Notes under the pieces: generated by a model | Database searches by the model: none | What the model was told of the DNA's origin: nothing | The model's input: only the letters and a program-made list of their open reading frames with translations | Shown: piece by piece, positions 1-12,892 of the stretch | Layout of the letters: each line of letters begins with the position of its first letter | Numbering within the stretch: the first letter of the stretch is position 1 | Assembly: GCA_965112735.1 (NCBI GenBank) | Contig: OZ218960.1 | Location: 1,736,001 to 1,800,000 of the forward strand | Reading direction: 5' to 3' | Length of the DNA stretch: 64,000 nt | Origin: Phaeosaccion multiseriatum | Taxonomy: Eukaryota > Protista > Ochrophyta, other classes | Translations under genes and position numbers: made by a program

Positions 1-543
1 TCTGCTGACTTACTTCGAGAAACTGAAACTGTCCATTGGCGAGTTTCGAGGCTTCGAAAATGAGTGTGAGAGTGTATGACTGTGCTTGAGAGTGTGTGTG
101 AGTGCGTGCCTCGCGTTCCGCCCTGTCGTGGAAGAATGAAAGCCGTGTGGTAAGTGCCGACTCCATGGCTCATCCCACTGATGCAATAGGTCAGGGGCAG
201 GAGCCGCAAGCGCGATAAAGAGAAGAGTAGCGCTTTTCTCTGATTTCTCTCATGAATCTGATTGGGTGCTGACGTGTGACATGGCGAGAGGAAAACAAAA
301 ACAAACACACACTTCACATTCAATTTGCTTTATACAATCACAACACACAACATATATACTCTCTTCTCTTTCTCTCTCTCCCTCCGCGCTCTGCAGCCCC
401 CCTGGTGAAGCACCATCTCGTGTGCGTACAGGCACACTGCAGCGCGCAACGGACCCAAGGTCCGCACTACTACACTACAGACGCTGTAGCTCCCCCACTC
501 CCTCCCCCCTCGGCCTCCCTCTCTCGTCCTCTCCATGAGTAGA

Positions 544-1267
544 TCAGAGGATGCCCGGTGCTCGAATGCCCCCAGTGCCTCGTAAGCTCCTCTGAAGCTG
601 TTTGGGGTCCGCCCATGAGCTACCCAAATAATCATCATCCGTGGCTTCTGCTAACTTTTTCATCTCCTCCTGCTTCTTAAAGTAGTGGGCCATCATTGCC
701 TTACGCTCGTCTTCTGTAACGGCGGCTTCTCTCCCAGGAGGGCCCGAGCCCGCCTTCTGCAGTTTCACCACCAGTTTTGTCTTCTCGTTCCGGCCCACTC
801 GGTCTCGAAGCTTGCTGCCCCGCCTGATGGAGAGGTTGGATTGAATTCATTGGTTGGATTCCAATCATTTGATTACAGTCGTTGGATTGGAGAAAAGAAG
901 AACATACATCAGAAACAAAGCGATTGAATAAGAGCAACGTGCTGTGTTTCGCAGTCGATTTTACCCTCCCACGAACACACGCACTCACTCGAACTCCTTC
1001 CCCGCCATCCACAGCCTCACGCACGTAAGCACGCACCCACCCACTCACCCACTCAGCCACTCACCCACCCACGCACCCACCCACCCACGCACTCACTTGA
1101 ACTCCTTGCCCGACATCCACAGGCCTGCGGTGTCGTCCTCCAACAGCTCCTGCTCGGCTTGCGTGCCCGCCAAGCCCTCGGTGCCCTCGATGCTCAGACG
1201 CACAATGTCGAACTCAGGCAGGCCCATCGGGTAGGCTGTTTAATTATTTCATTCAATTTGTAAGGCA

Positions 1268-1302
<35 letters not shown>

Positions 1303-1691
1303 AGGTGTGTTAGGGGGAGGGGGTTGGGGAGGGGGGGGCGGCGGAATGGAGGGGACTGAGTACCAACATCTTCTCCACACGCAACACAGCTGCCTTTCTT
1401 CCTTCCTCCTTTCCTCCCGCCTTCCCTCCCTCCCTCACTTCCTCACTCCCTCTCTCCCTCCCTCCCTCCCCCTCCCCTCTCCCCCCTTCCTCACCCATGG
1501 TGACTGCTCCTCGAATATTGTCAAGCTTCTCGTCGAGGATCTCCTGTGTGATGGCGATGCGTTGCTTCACCTGCTGAGGGTCAACGGCCATCTCCGCGTC
1601 TCTACCATTAGGGTGAGTGGGGGGTGTCAGGACAGGGGGGGGGGGGGGGGGGTGTCAGGACAGAGGGTGAAAGTACACGCACACACACGCA

Positions 1692-1740
<49 letters not shown>

Positions 1741-1836
1741 ATCCCCCTCGCCAAGGTCCTACATTCCCCTTTCCTTGCGGGCCCATACTGTGTGGGGCTT
1801 TTGCGGCCTTCAACAGGAAATCATACTAGAGGACAT

Positions 1837-1875
<39 letters not shown>

Positions 1876-2827
1876 ATCTTACGTGCAAACTCTGTCGAAC
1901 GTGTCCATAAGCTGGGGGCCCACTCCGTTTCCAGTCCTCTTGCCCGAGGGGTCAGCACAGTAGTGCTCGCCTTTATCGATGACTATGCCTTCCGATTCCT
2001 CCCTAATGTGGTCTAGGCCATGCTCTGCGTCGGGCTGTTGAGGGAGGGAAAGGAGGGAGAGAGGGAGGGGAGAAGGGGAGGGAGGGAGGGAGAGAGAGAG
2101 AGAGGGAGAGAGAGAGAGGGAGAAAACGTAAAGAAGTGAGATAAGCAAGTGAGTAAGTGAGATCGGCCCGTCAGTCAATCACATCGCCGCACTCACTTTC
2201 ATGATGCCGTGCTTTCCCAAGTCCCGAACGGCAAACACGAGCTGCATGAGCCGCACTCGAGTATTCCAGATCTTCACCTGAAAGAGAGTAGAGAGAGCGA
2301 ATGAGAGGATGGTTGGGGAGGGAGAGGGAGAGAGAATAGAGGGGAGAGGAAGAGAGGGCACAGGGAGACATGGGAGAGGGGGAGAGGAGAGGAGAGGAGA
2401 CGAGGGAGAGAGAGGGGTGAGGAGATGTGAAAATCAGCTTGGGATAAGCTACAAGTAAAGGGAGGAGAGGAGGCTGAAAAGGGGAGGAGAGGAGAGAGAT
2501 AGTAAGGCAGTGGCAACACGAGCATGAGAAGCCGGTGTCTATAAAGATAAAGAGGGAGGAGATGTTGTGTGCTAGACTTTAGATGATAGGGCTGCCATGT
2601 GTAAGAGAAGAGGGGCAGACAAGAGAGGCAAGCCCGATGAAAGATCACCCCCCCCTGCCCTCTCTCCTCTTCCTCTCCTCCTCCTCCACCACCACTGTTC
2701 GGCGCTAAGTCCTCCCTACAAGCCACTGACTCACCAGTCGAGCCACGAGGTCGTCAACCTCCTCCTCAGTGGACGCCTCAACGAGGAAGGAGTCGGCATC
2801 AGAGCGCTTCACCTGAAGCACGACCAT
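544..2827 (-). CDS. CFAP298: Cilia- and flagella-associated protein 298 (C21orf59/Kurly family), multi-exon
   Basis: Spliced GT-AG exons: MVVLQVKRSDADSFLVEASTEEEVDDLVARL (2827-2735) | VKIWNTRVRL..KHGIMK (2277-2197) | ..CADPSGKRTGNG.. | ..LDNIRGAVTM | AYPMGLPEFDIVR..LWMSGKEF | ..VGRNEKTKLVVKLQKAGSGPPGREAAV..YFKKQEEMKKL..DDDYLGSSWAD. The motifs GAVxxxYPMGLP, GxNEKTK and YLxSxWAD are typical of CFAP298. Confidence 0.93.
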
Positions 2828-3109
2828 CCTAACAGGGGCGCGGAGGCTGGGTTGCTGCAGCGGCTACTTGACGCTCCGCTGGCGGGTAGAACCTTCCTGT
2901 CCTCTTCTGCTTCTCAGGGTCAGTTGCTTTAAGGCAAGAAGTAGGATGAGAAGAAGAGAGAGGTGAAAGAGGGGAGAAGAGGAAATTGAGCGGGTAGCGA
3001 GGGCCAACAAAAAGAAACGGGAAATTCAACCCGAGCGAAAAGCTTCACTATCGTGCCCTGGAAGGCCGGAGGCGAAGGAAGGAAGAGGCAAAAGGGAGGA
3101 CGTATATAC

Positions 3110-3963
3110 ATGAGCAATGCTACTTCCCCGACTCCGGTGACGCGGTAAGGCCTATGGCATTAAAAAAATTCAGGGTGCTTCCCCACCTCTCTCTCCCCCC
3201 TCCCCCCCTCCTCCTCCTCCTCCCTCCCTCTCCCTCCGCCTTGCTTCTCATCCCAATCGCACAATCTGTGCTGCATTCCCCTGCAGAGTTTTGGCCTGGG
3301 TCACCCCCTCTGTGGATGCCAAATTGCGCCATATCCAGTCTCGCCTCACTGACAATCTGGCGGCTGAGGAGCTGGGAAGGTGGGCCGTGGACATTGCCTA
3401 CAAGCTCAAGGGAGTGCAGAAGCTGGCAGCGAGGTGAGGGAAAGAGAAGAGAGGGACTTCAGGGGGTACAGAGACTAGCAACGCTGTAAGAGAGAGGGCA
3501 GAGGGACTGAAGGGGGAGCAGAAGCTGGCATTTGTGATGTTTTTCCCTTGGGAGATGACTGCGTGCTGTGGTGGGGAGAAGTGGAGGCATGTCGTTAATT
3601 CGCTCCATTCTTCGCAACTCCTTCAAACACATATCACGATCAACGTATTGCGTGTGGCGCATCATCCATCTACAGAGGCAACGAGAATGAGGGCATGAGA
3701 TATGGGCTCAACCTGAGCGTGGCAGGTGTTAAGACAGCCGCAGGGGACGGTCAATACCCTTACACAAGGCAGCACTTCGTTCGCAAGACAGACAAGCCCG
3801 GCACACTACTCGTGGTGCAGGGCAAGGCCGCCTCCTCGGCAGGTGTTGCTGTATCACCAACTGCTGCTGTTTTTCAGAGACTGCAAAGCCCCTCAGGAGG
3901 AGCCGCACCTTCAAGCTTCGAGCAGCAAGTGCTACTTCAGCAGCAGCAGGAGCAGTTGAGGAG

Positions 3964-3994
<31 letters not shown>

Positions 3995-4979
3995 CAGTTG
4001 GTGATACAGCAGGGGCACGAATTCGTGGCCATTCATCACGTGGTGGAGGGGGGGGAGGAGGTGGAGGAGCTCTTGACCAAGAGGGCTCCCTTCCCTACGA
4101 GGTAAGCCTAACCCCCACCCACCCACCCACCCACTGACAATTTAGTCGCCCATCTGCTTGTTTTGACGCCTCCCCTTCTTCCCTCTTCCCTCTTCCTTCT
4201 TCCTTGGTGCTTGGGGTGTGTCTTTCTTACGCTGCGCAGACTCTCGGTATCCATCGTGGTAAGTCAGTGAAGATCGGAAAGGAGGGAATAGGGAGAAGGA
4301 AAAAAGAAAGGAAGGAAGGAAGGAAGGAAGAAAGGAGGAAGGCATACGCTGTTGTATCACCAACTGCTGTTGCTGCTCCTGCCGTATCACCAACTGATCT
4401 GGCACCTTGCTTGTCGTACAGGGCCAGGAATATCGCCTCGGAGACTTCCTCGTGCGCGTGGGAGGGGCGAGGAAGGGGGGCATTTACCTCGGGGTCGTCA
4501 TGGAGGTAAGTTAAGTCAACAAATCCCCCCCTCGTGAGTCGCGACTATGATCGTAGCATACTCGTACCCGGCCGTCTCTTCCCTCTCCTCCTCGCCCTCT
4601 CCCCCCCTCTCCCCGCCCCCCTTCCCCTTCCTCACCCCATCCTCCTCCTCCCCTCTTCCCCCTCCTTACCCCCCCCTAGGTGGAGTACCTTCCATGCTTT
4701 GCCCTTTTGGACGGGCTGGGTGTCCTGGATTCATTCCTGCGCACTCTTGACCCACAAGGGGAATTTGTCCCTTCGTGTGACTTTCAAAATGCCGCTCTCT
4801 TCGGCCACCACCACCACTACCACCACCAGCAGCAGCAGCAGCAGCAGCAGGAGGAGGAGGCACAGGCAGTGGCAGGAGGAGAGGGGGGCGGAGGGAGGGG
4901 AGGAAACAACAGCAGCTTTTTCACTTGTGCTCACGTGGCTGTGCAGTACTCGGAGCTGATGCAGAATGTGTTCCGATGA
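3110..4979 (+). CDS. MED20: Mediator complex subunit 20, 6 exons
   Basis: Exons 3110-3144, 3287-3433, 3676-4101, 4240-4258, 4422-4505 and 4680-4979 join in frame at GT-AG sites. They give ..LAAEELGRWAVD..RLSVSIVGQEYRLGDFLVRVG..YLGVVMEVEYLPC..QYSELM, which matches the MED20 signature GxxYxxGDFxVRVG..GxxxEVEYxPC. Confidence 0.85.
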
Positions 4980-5231
4980 GGGGCGCTCCACAAAGATTGG
5001 AGATTGTGTGTGCGTGTGTTCAGCGATGGGATGCGTCGTCGTTTCAAGGAACAAGGAACCCTCAAGCACATCCCTACCATCGTCTTTCCTTCGTCGGTGA
5101 AGAGAAGAAGGAAGGAAGGTCACATTTTGGCTCTCTTTTTTCATGGTCAGCCCAATGGATGCGCCTTTGGCCGGCGTGTGTGTGAGCTGTGAGGTGCTGC
5201 GTCAAGTGGAGTGGAACGGACTGGCATGACG

Positions 5232-5287
5232 TGGATTGGGTACCTTCTTTCAGAGTGCTGGATTGGGTACCTTCTTTCAGAGTGCTG
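5232..5287. repeat. 27-bp tandem duplication
   Basis: TGGATTGGGTACCTTCTTTCAGAGTGC x2, perfect. Confidence 0.9.
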
Positions 5288-5488
5288 CTGTGGGACGGTT
5301 CTACCTCCTTCCCTCCTTCCCTCTCTCTCTCTCTTTCCCTCCCTCCCTCCCTCCGTCCCTCCGTCCCTCCCTCTACTCCCTCGCTTCGACCCACTCTCTG
5401 CTCAATCAAAAGGAACTGAGCGGGAATGTGGGGACGGACAAGAGGCAACAAGTTGATGGAGCCCGAAGGGAAGGGGGTTTGAGGGTTT

Positions 5489-5530
<42 letters not shown>

Positions 5531-5614
5531 CGTCTCTGTGAGCCGTATGGCGCCAGCCAATAGAGACGAGAGGTGTGAGTCACTGCAGCCGTCAACCTTC
5601 GTCCCTCGACCCCA

Positions 5615-5674
5615 TCTGGCTACTGCACTTGGGTATCTGGCTACTACACTTGGGTGTCTGGCTACTACACTTGG
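5615..5674. repeat. 21-bp minisatellite, ~3 copies
   Basis: Units of TCTGGCTACT(G/A)CACTTGGGT(A/G) at 5615, 5636 and 5657. Confidence 0.9.
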
Positions 5675-6606
5675 CAAATGTGGAGTGAGAGAGCGACGAA
5701 TGAAGTCAGTCTTATTAACCCTTCGCCGCGACGGAAGATGTTTGCTTTGCTTGGAGGGCGCCGCGAAAGGAAGAGCGTCGGGCTCTACCAATGTGCCAAG
5801 AGGCACACGGCAGGAGCGATATCTGGGTTTCAGTTTCAGCTCACGGGCGTTGGACCGACCCCCCCGGGCACTACCCCCCCCCCGCGCTCCCACCACGGGT
5901 TGAGCTCTCAAGGGGTTCTTCGGTGGCGGTGGGCGCGAGGGGCTGTAAATTCGAGTTTCAGCTGTCCACCCTCGGACCTTGGGCTGAACCGATGGAGGGG
6001 ACCCATGCTTTGTGCTCTGCGCTGCTGATACGAGAGGCGAATAGTGAAGGTCGAAGGATGGGCCCCAGTCACAGATGGCAATGGAGGACGACGACTGATG
6101 GCAGATGAGGTGATGACGCCTCTGCGCGAGACTCCCAGGAGGAGGAGGAGGAGGAGAGAAGTAACGACCTAAGGCTTTCGCTTGCCTCACACTCACACGA
6201 GTGGATTCCTTCCTTTCTTCCTTCATAGAGAGTTGGATATGATATTTACACTTCACACGTCCCTCTATTCGTCATCGAACCGAATCGAAGGGGGGATGGC
6301 ACTTCAAGGTGCCCGGAGACGCCCAGTGAGACGCCCCCCTCTGGATACGGATGCTCGGCATCTCATACTCGATATCTATCGACCTCTTGATTGGCAATTG
6401 GCAATCATTGGCTGGCTGGTATGGGTATGATCAAATATGAAAAAAAAGCTGAACCCTCGAGAAGGCAGGCCACTTCCTCACGCAAAAAGGGTCGCTCTCG
6501 TCCTCCTGCTCCTCCTCCTCCTCCTCCTCCTCCTGCTCCTCCTCCTCCTCCCCCTCCTCCTCCTCCTCCTCCTCCTCCTCCTCCTCCTCCAGCTCCTCCC
6601 CCTCAC

Positions 6607-8563
6607 TCACGCGAAAGGGTTGCTATCGTCCTCCTCCTCCTCCTCCTCCTCCCCTCTGTCGATGTCACCGTCTCGTGCCTCGTAACCAAACCCGCCCCCC
6701 TCTTGCCGTATCACCAACTGCTGCTGCTGCTCCTCGCGCGAGGTAGAGACGACAAGGGCGTCCAAACCCGCCGCGCTGCTGGTGGTGGTATTGGTGGTGG
6801 TGGTGGTGCTGCTGGTGGTGTTGGTGGTGGTGGTGGTCGTCGTTCTGGGACCAGTGGTTCCCTTCCCACTTCCCACTCTCGTCCAGGGGGGGGGGGGGGC
6901 GCTTCAACCACAGAGGAAAGTTGCGGCGGCGGCGGCTGCTGCTGCTGCTGTATCACCAACTGCTGCTGCTCCTGCTGCTGCTGCTGCCAGGGCTGAGGCA
7001 TCCCCGCCGATGGGTCAATCTTTCCCCCTGCGCCCCCGCCTTGGCTGCTACTCTCCCTGTCCCCAAACCCGCCGAGGGGGGTGCCACTTGCGCCCTCTTC
7101 TCTCCCTCGCCTCCTCCCTGCTCGAGGTAACCCTCCTCCCCCTCCTCCTCCTCCTCCTCCTCCTCCTCCTCCTCCTCCTCCTCCTCCTCCTCCTCCTCCT
7201 CCTCCTCCATCTAGCGAGATTCCAAAGTGTAACTGCTCAGTAGAACGGGGGGCTGAGAAAATCCCTTCGCCGAAGCGCAGAGGGACTGGCGTCTGCGGTT
7301 GCCCATATGACCGCTGCTGCTGCTGCTGCTGCTGTTGCCCATATGTCTGCTCCTGCTGCTGCTGCTGCTGCTGTTGTTGTTGCTGTTGTTGTGGCCGCCT
7401 TCGCATGATGGGGCTGAGAAAGTGAAGGATCACGGGCCGCGGCAGGCACGCCAGGAGGGCTTGAACATCTCCTAGGGACATGTCTTCCGTGCTGGTCCCG
7501 TCCACCTGAGTCAGTCAAGCACAGTAAAGTACAGCACACTTCATTAGAGGGGAGAGGAGAGCAGGCACAGAGCTCCAGCAGAGCATTCACAAAAGACTGC
7601 AAGACGTCCGGTCCCGTCACGACCCTCAATTCCAATTTGATGTTGCATACAAGAAAACACACAGATGGCAGTATCGACACACCCACACAACCAACGCGCG
7701 AACGTACGTACCTTGGTGAGGAAGTCTCCTTCCGCCACGCTGCTCCGTAGCTCCTCCGCCGCAGAGGGGGAGATTGCTCTCACCATCGGACTTGTCCCCC
7801 CTAAGGTTAAGTCCTGCCCTTCTAAGGGTAAGTCCTGCCCTTCGTCCTCTTCCCTTTGACCGACGCCATACCCCTGCTGCCGCCGCCGCCGCTGCTGCTG
7901 CTGCCCCTGCTGCTGCTGGTGGTGGTGGTAGTGGTTCTGGTGCTGGTTCTGCCTCCTCCCCTTTTTGACCGGAATCCTTTGCAGCTGCACGCCGAGAGGC
8001 CCCTCGGAGCGGCACACCACAGAATGTTCTCTTACGTTACCTGCCACACCGAGGAATGCTCGAGTGGAGTCCAAAGTACCAACATGAGGGAGCTGTACGC
8101 GCATAGAGGGGAAGGAAGAGGGGAAGGAAGGAAGGAAGGAAGGAAGGAAGGAAGGAAGGAAGGAAGGAAGGAGGGAAGGAAGGAAGGAAAGAAGAGAGAG
8201 GGAGAGAGGGAGGGAGGGAGGGAGGGAGGGAGGGAGGGAAGGGGGGAGGGAGGGAGAGAAGGAGGTCAGCAAAGTGGCAGAGGGGGTGGGCCTTCACTCG
8301 GTCAGCACAGTACATAGAGTCGCCCTTCCCTCCCTCCCTCCCTCTCTCCCTCCCCCCCTCCCTCCCCTCCTCCATCCCTCCCACTCACATTGAGCAGCGC
8401 CCGAGTAAAGTTCTGGAGGAGCCCCCTCCTCTCCTCGAGAAAGCCCCTGTCGCGGTGATCCAGTAAGAACTTGATGTGTTTGCCGGGAAGACGCGGGAGG
8501 GAAGAGCGCAGATGGTGGCCCTTCATCAGACTGTCCACCTGCATCGATACAAACATGTACAGA

Positions 8564-8597
<34 letters not shown>

Positions 8598-9826
8598 TGT
8601 GTGTGCGTGTGCGCAGTGGGGTGGCCAGAGTCAGTTTCAATTTGCGGTTACCTGTCTTCTTTCTCTCCACTGTCGCTCAGAGCTTTCGCAACCCACATGC
8701 CATCGCGTGTCACTACTGATGGGCTGACTCAACTCACACCCACTCCGTCCGTCCCTCCCTCCCTCCCTCTATCTCTCACTCACTCACTCACTCACTCCCT
8801 TCCCTCACTGACTCATTCACACACACACACACACATACACACACACACACACTCAATCACCCACTCCTGCACTCACGTGATCGTTGACGGCAGCGAATTC
8901 GTTGAAGCGCCTGTGCACGCAGGTCTCTGTGTTGTCTCTGATCCTTCTCACGCGGAGCTCATACCACGCCACCGAATCGCCCCCCTTGTCCCTGTCCTTG
9001 GTGGTGCCCATATGATTGCTGCTGTTGCCTCTATGATTGGTCTTCCTGGCGGCCTTGTTCAGTACCACTCTAGGAATGCTCACCTCGAACTCATACTCAG
9101 GGTTCTGTGTTTTTGTCGTGTGTATGTTTGTGTGTGTGTTGTGTGTGGCATTGGTTCATTGGGTGGGATAGGTAGGTAAGCAGCAACTACTATCGTAGAT
9201 GTCGAAGGTACGGACAAACCGCCTACCCTGCTGTTAGTTGAGCCACAGAGCGCTTTCCTTTACAGCGATGGATGGCACTAACCCAACACTTTGCCTCAAC
9301 GCCTCAACGCCCCAGCTCGCTCACTATTCCGCTCACTATCCCCCTCACCTGGACCTCCGCAGTCGTGTCCTTCACTCTGCGACCCTCGATGCTCAGGGCG
9401 TACATAAACCCCACAAGCCCGTCCTTCCTAATCACGAGGCGTCCTCTCTCTCTTGTGGTCGGCAGGATGAAGCTGATCTGAGTAGGGCCCAGCATGAGTA
9501 CGCTAGACGTTCCCACTGAATCGAGTATCTCCTTCTCGGGTCATATGTCCAATTACCGCACACACAATGAGAGCGCAAGGGAGGAGTAAGCGCGAGGGGC
9601 CGGTTGGGGGGAGTGGAAGAAAGCAGAGAGGGAAGGGATGAAGAAAGGGGGGAACAACTCAGCATTAAAACGTGATGAGAGCACACACCTCATAGTCGAG
9701 CATGGCTGCTCGGGCGCCGCTCACAGTGTCGTGAAAGAGCGTAACGAGGTGCTCTCCGCCTGTGTGATCGACGAATCGCCAATGCCTCGCGATGTCGCCC
9801 ATGAGAATGTTCGTGGCGTTCGACAT
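6607..9826 (-). CDS. FAIM-like N-terminal domain + PX domain + PDZ-like domain protein with low-complexity tail
   Basis: Spliced: MSNATNILMGDIARHWRFVDHTGGEHLVTLFHDTVSGARAAMLDYE|EILDS..GFMYALSIEGRRV (FAIM-like W..H...SG.R...D...Y.L.I.G) | NPEYEFEVSIP..WYELRV..VHRRFNEF..|..LPRLPGKH..FLEERRGLL..|..FLG (PX) ..EGPLGVQL..VAEGDFLTK|VDG..LPRPVILHF (PDZ-like). The C-terminus is uncertain: stop at 6711 as assembled, or 6607 with a +1 homopolymer correction. Confidence 0.8.
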
Positions 9827-10066
9827 GGCTGTCCGGTTCGACAGTTTTGGTTAGAAGACAGGTAGCCGAAGGAAGGAGTCCCCCGCCATGGTCTTCTTTG
9901 CAATGGGAAGAAGGGGAACCGGAATTGGAGAGGGACGAAGCCATTTGTGATTTGTAATTTGGATCCTTTAACAATTGAGCTTCGACGAGCTCGTAACGGT
10001 GCGGACAGCCACCCCCATAACATATTTATTACATATTTACCTCTTCCACGCTTACACATCATCGAA

Positions 10067-11103
10067 ATGGCATCGAGGAGAGCGTCGAGAGGAGGTCCAT
10101 CCTCGCCCACCTTCGGGTCGTTCTCGCCGCGCAATATCTGGCATCACCAGTCGCACAACTACTGGAGGACAAGGGAGCAACAGAAAGCCCTCGCCCGCTT
10201 CAAGACGCCAAAGGTCTTCCTCGCCGGGGCGGCAGTGGTAGTGCTTGCGCTCCTTGCACTTGTAAACGTAGTCCTCCGGAGAGGAGGAGACGGTGCAGCA
10301 CTCAGGTACGGAACTCTCCTATTTGCCCTCCCTCTCTGTCTTGCTTGTTTTTTATTTCCCCGCCCTGAACTGATCACTGCTTCTCTGCTCCCCTTCCTGT
10401 CTCCGTTCCGTTCTCTCGGGGGGTTGATGAATGGCACAACACAACAGCAACACCGACAACGCTGAAAAGATGGAGATGATGCGGCAGCACACCCTGGCTC
10501 AATGTACCGCAGACAGCCCCATCCAGGCGTTTGCCTCCTCTACGTGCAGCAAAACGTGCTCCAAAATGAAGTCCAAACAGCCCAGGTGAGAGGGTGGGTG
10601 GGTGGGTGGGAAGGCCCAAAGCGATTGTCCGCAGCAGCTCCTCTTCATCCCTCCCTTGCTAGGGGTGAAGAATAAGAGAGAATTCTCATCCCCTCCCCTC
10701 TTCCCTCTCTTTTCCCTTTGGACCCAGACCGCTGACCCACCGCGCGTGTCTGAAGGGCTGCGAGGCAGGCATCTCAAGCTCCTGGAAGATGGGCTGCAGC
10801 CTTTACCAGCAGCAACAGCAAGAGCAGTGGCAACAAGGGAAGCAAGGGCATGGGAAGCAGGGGAAGCGAGGGCACCGAGAGGCAGACAACACTTCCGCCT
10901 CCGTTGACACTTGCACCTCACTCTCTCTGGCCTTTTGCGATGCCCACTGCAGTGAGTACGCAACTGCCTATCCAAAGCCTGCCATTTCGAATACGTGCAA
11001 GAGGTCGTGTGCAGACGTCCAGGAGAGCGGTTGCACGAAGGGGGCCCTCACCATGAGGGAGACTCTATCCCCGCCTGCTCATGGCTCCAATGATGAGCTC
11101 TGA
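10067..11103 (+). CDS. Type II membrane, cysteine-rich protein of unknown function ending in NDEL
   Basis: Exons 10067-10305, 10448-10585 and 10728-11103 splice in frame. One TM segment (VFLAGAAVVVLALLALVNVVL), two CxxxC-x7-P(R/K)P-x5-CxxxC units, and C-terminal GSNDEL*. Confidence 0.7.
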
Positions 11104-12730
11104 CGACCTGAGCAGAGCTACGAGCAGCAGCCACGAGCAGCAGTAGTAGCAGCAGCATCAGCAGCAGCAGTGGGAGTGACTGGTGTGGTGATGGAGTGAT
11201 GGAATGATGTACATGTGGCATGACCATCCCGCAGCTCGGCCCGGCAACTCGCCCCTCTCGTGCACTGGAGAAAGTGCGTCGCCGTTGTGGTCGGATTTGG
11301 TGTTGTGCTTGTCTTCAATGGGTCCATGGGTCAATGGGTCCGTTGCTCAAACCTCTCGGCTGTCCTGTGTGGGTCTGTGAAGGGTGAAGCGGAAGTGGGA
11401 CCGACCAGGCTGTGTTTTCATCGAGACAAAGCAAGTTCCAAGGAATGGGCGGTCTCCGGTGGATACGATGCAGTCTTTGCTTTGCTTTGCTTTGTTTTGG
11501 TTTTGCTTTGCCCTCACTGATGATCATCCTCACGGCATCACTGGGCGGCTCCTCTCAGCGGGAGCCTCGATGGACACTGGCCTGGGTCTATGTACGAAAG
11601 TACCGGCAGTACAGTTCTCTCTCGGAGGTGTAGGAGTGCTTCCGCAGCAGTGGAGTGCTTCGTATCGCAGACTGTCCCTGGGCCTGATGTGTGTAGCCGA
11701 CCCCACGTTTGGCAAGTTGACAAGCAGAGGAGGGTACCGCCGCAGGAGAGGGGAGTATTCCCCGAGACTATGCTTGAGGTGGCTTCGGAAATGCCTTCAG
11801 GAATGGCCCGAGTAGCGGCCTGAGTAGCCGCCCGCTAACTTGTGACTCAACCAGGGGCGTCTTTCGAGCACAGAAAGGGGCGCAGCTGTGCTGCTCGGCA
11901 GAGGAAAGGAGGGGCTGCCGCTATCTCTCCACCCCGCGATCTCATCGTTGATCGAGTGCCTTCGTGCAACCACCACCGAAGCTCGACGATCATTCGGGGG
12001 ACTGGAGGACGACTTATTGATGAAGGCACATGGGAGCAAAAGGAGGGCATATTGGAAGCTGTGACAACCTGCGATGGTGACAGAGGAGCCCACCTTACGC
12101 TCACATGGTGACGCACTTTTGAGATGACTAAAGCCAAATATGCAATGCGACATACATACATACATACATACATATACACATGGAAACCCCTTCGAACCTT
12201 CAGCTTGAGTGCTCCCACCACGGCTTCACAGTTGTCAATAGCTCGACATGACTGGGCATAGTCTCTCACTCTCTTACCGACAGGCCGAGAGTCCGAGTGT
12301 CGTAGCGGTCGATGCCTGGGAGGGGGCCTTGACTATCACAGACCTGCCTTGCGGAGCCTCAGCCTGGCTGGAGGAGCAGCCCCTACTGGCTACTGGCGCG
12401 GGTCATAAGCTGGGAACCGGCTGGCTGGCGCCGGCCATAACCAGAAGCTTAGAAACCTGTCCGGGGCCGATCACGCGCTCACGCGCTCACTCACTCACTC
12501 ACTCATTCGTTCAGTCCTTCCCTCACCACGCACCATGCTGGCACTCACGCAGACACTCACGCACGCACTCACCCACTCACGTACGCACTCACATAAGAAC
12601 TGTACTCACACTCGATCACACGTACTCACAGTTCTGTGGGAGGCCCGTAAAGGTTGGTCTGCTAACCGCTGCTCCATAAGCTGCCGTGCTCCTCCTCAGT
12701 CGCTACATGGATGTGGGGGATGGAATGTTC

Positions 12731-12892
12731 GGCCCCGTGCACGCCTAGCGGCCTAGGCATATTTGGGAAAATTGCCCGGCCTAGCGAGGGCCGTAGGCCC
12801 TCGGCCCATTTTTATGCCGCCGCCTAGGCGGCCTAAGCGGGGCGGAGGCCCGCGCGGCCTAGGGCAGACGCCAGCCAACTAGTAGGCGGACG
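12731..12892. repeat. GC-rich cluster of short palindromic (G)GCCTAG(G)C motifs, possibly a DNA-transposon end remnant
   Basis: gcctagcggcctaggc, ggcctagcg, ggccgtaggccc, ccgcctaggcgg, ggcctaagcg and ggcctaggg within about 160 bp of otherwise unexplained sequence. Confidence 0.4.

Noticed and set aside
5402-6256. 284-aa minus-strand ORF between MED20 and the PX gene
   Set aside because: Runs through (GA)n and a 21-bp minisatellite, has no recognisable domain, and lies in a convergent 3' interval.
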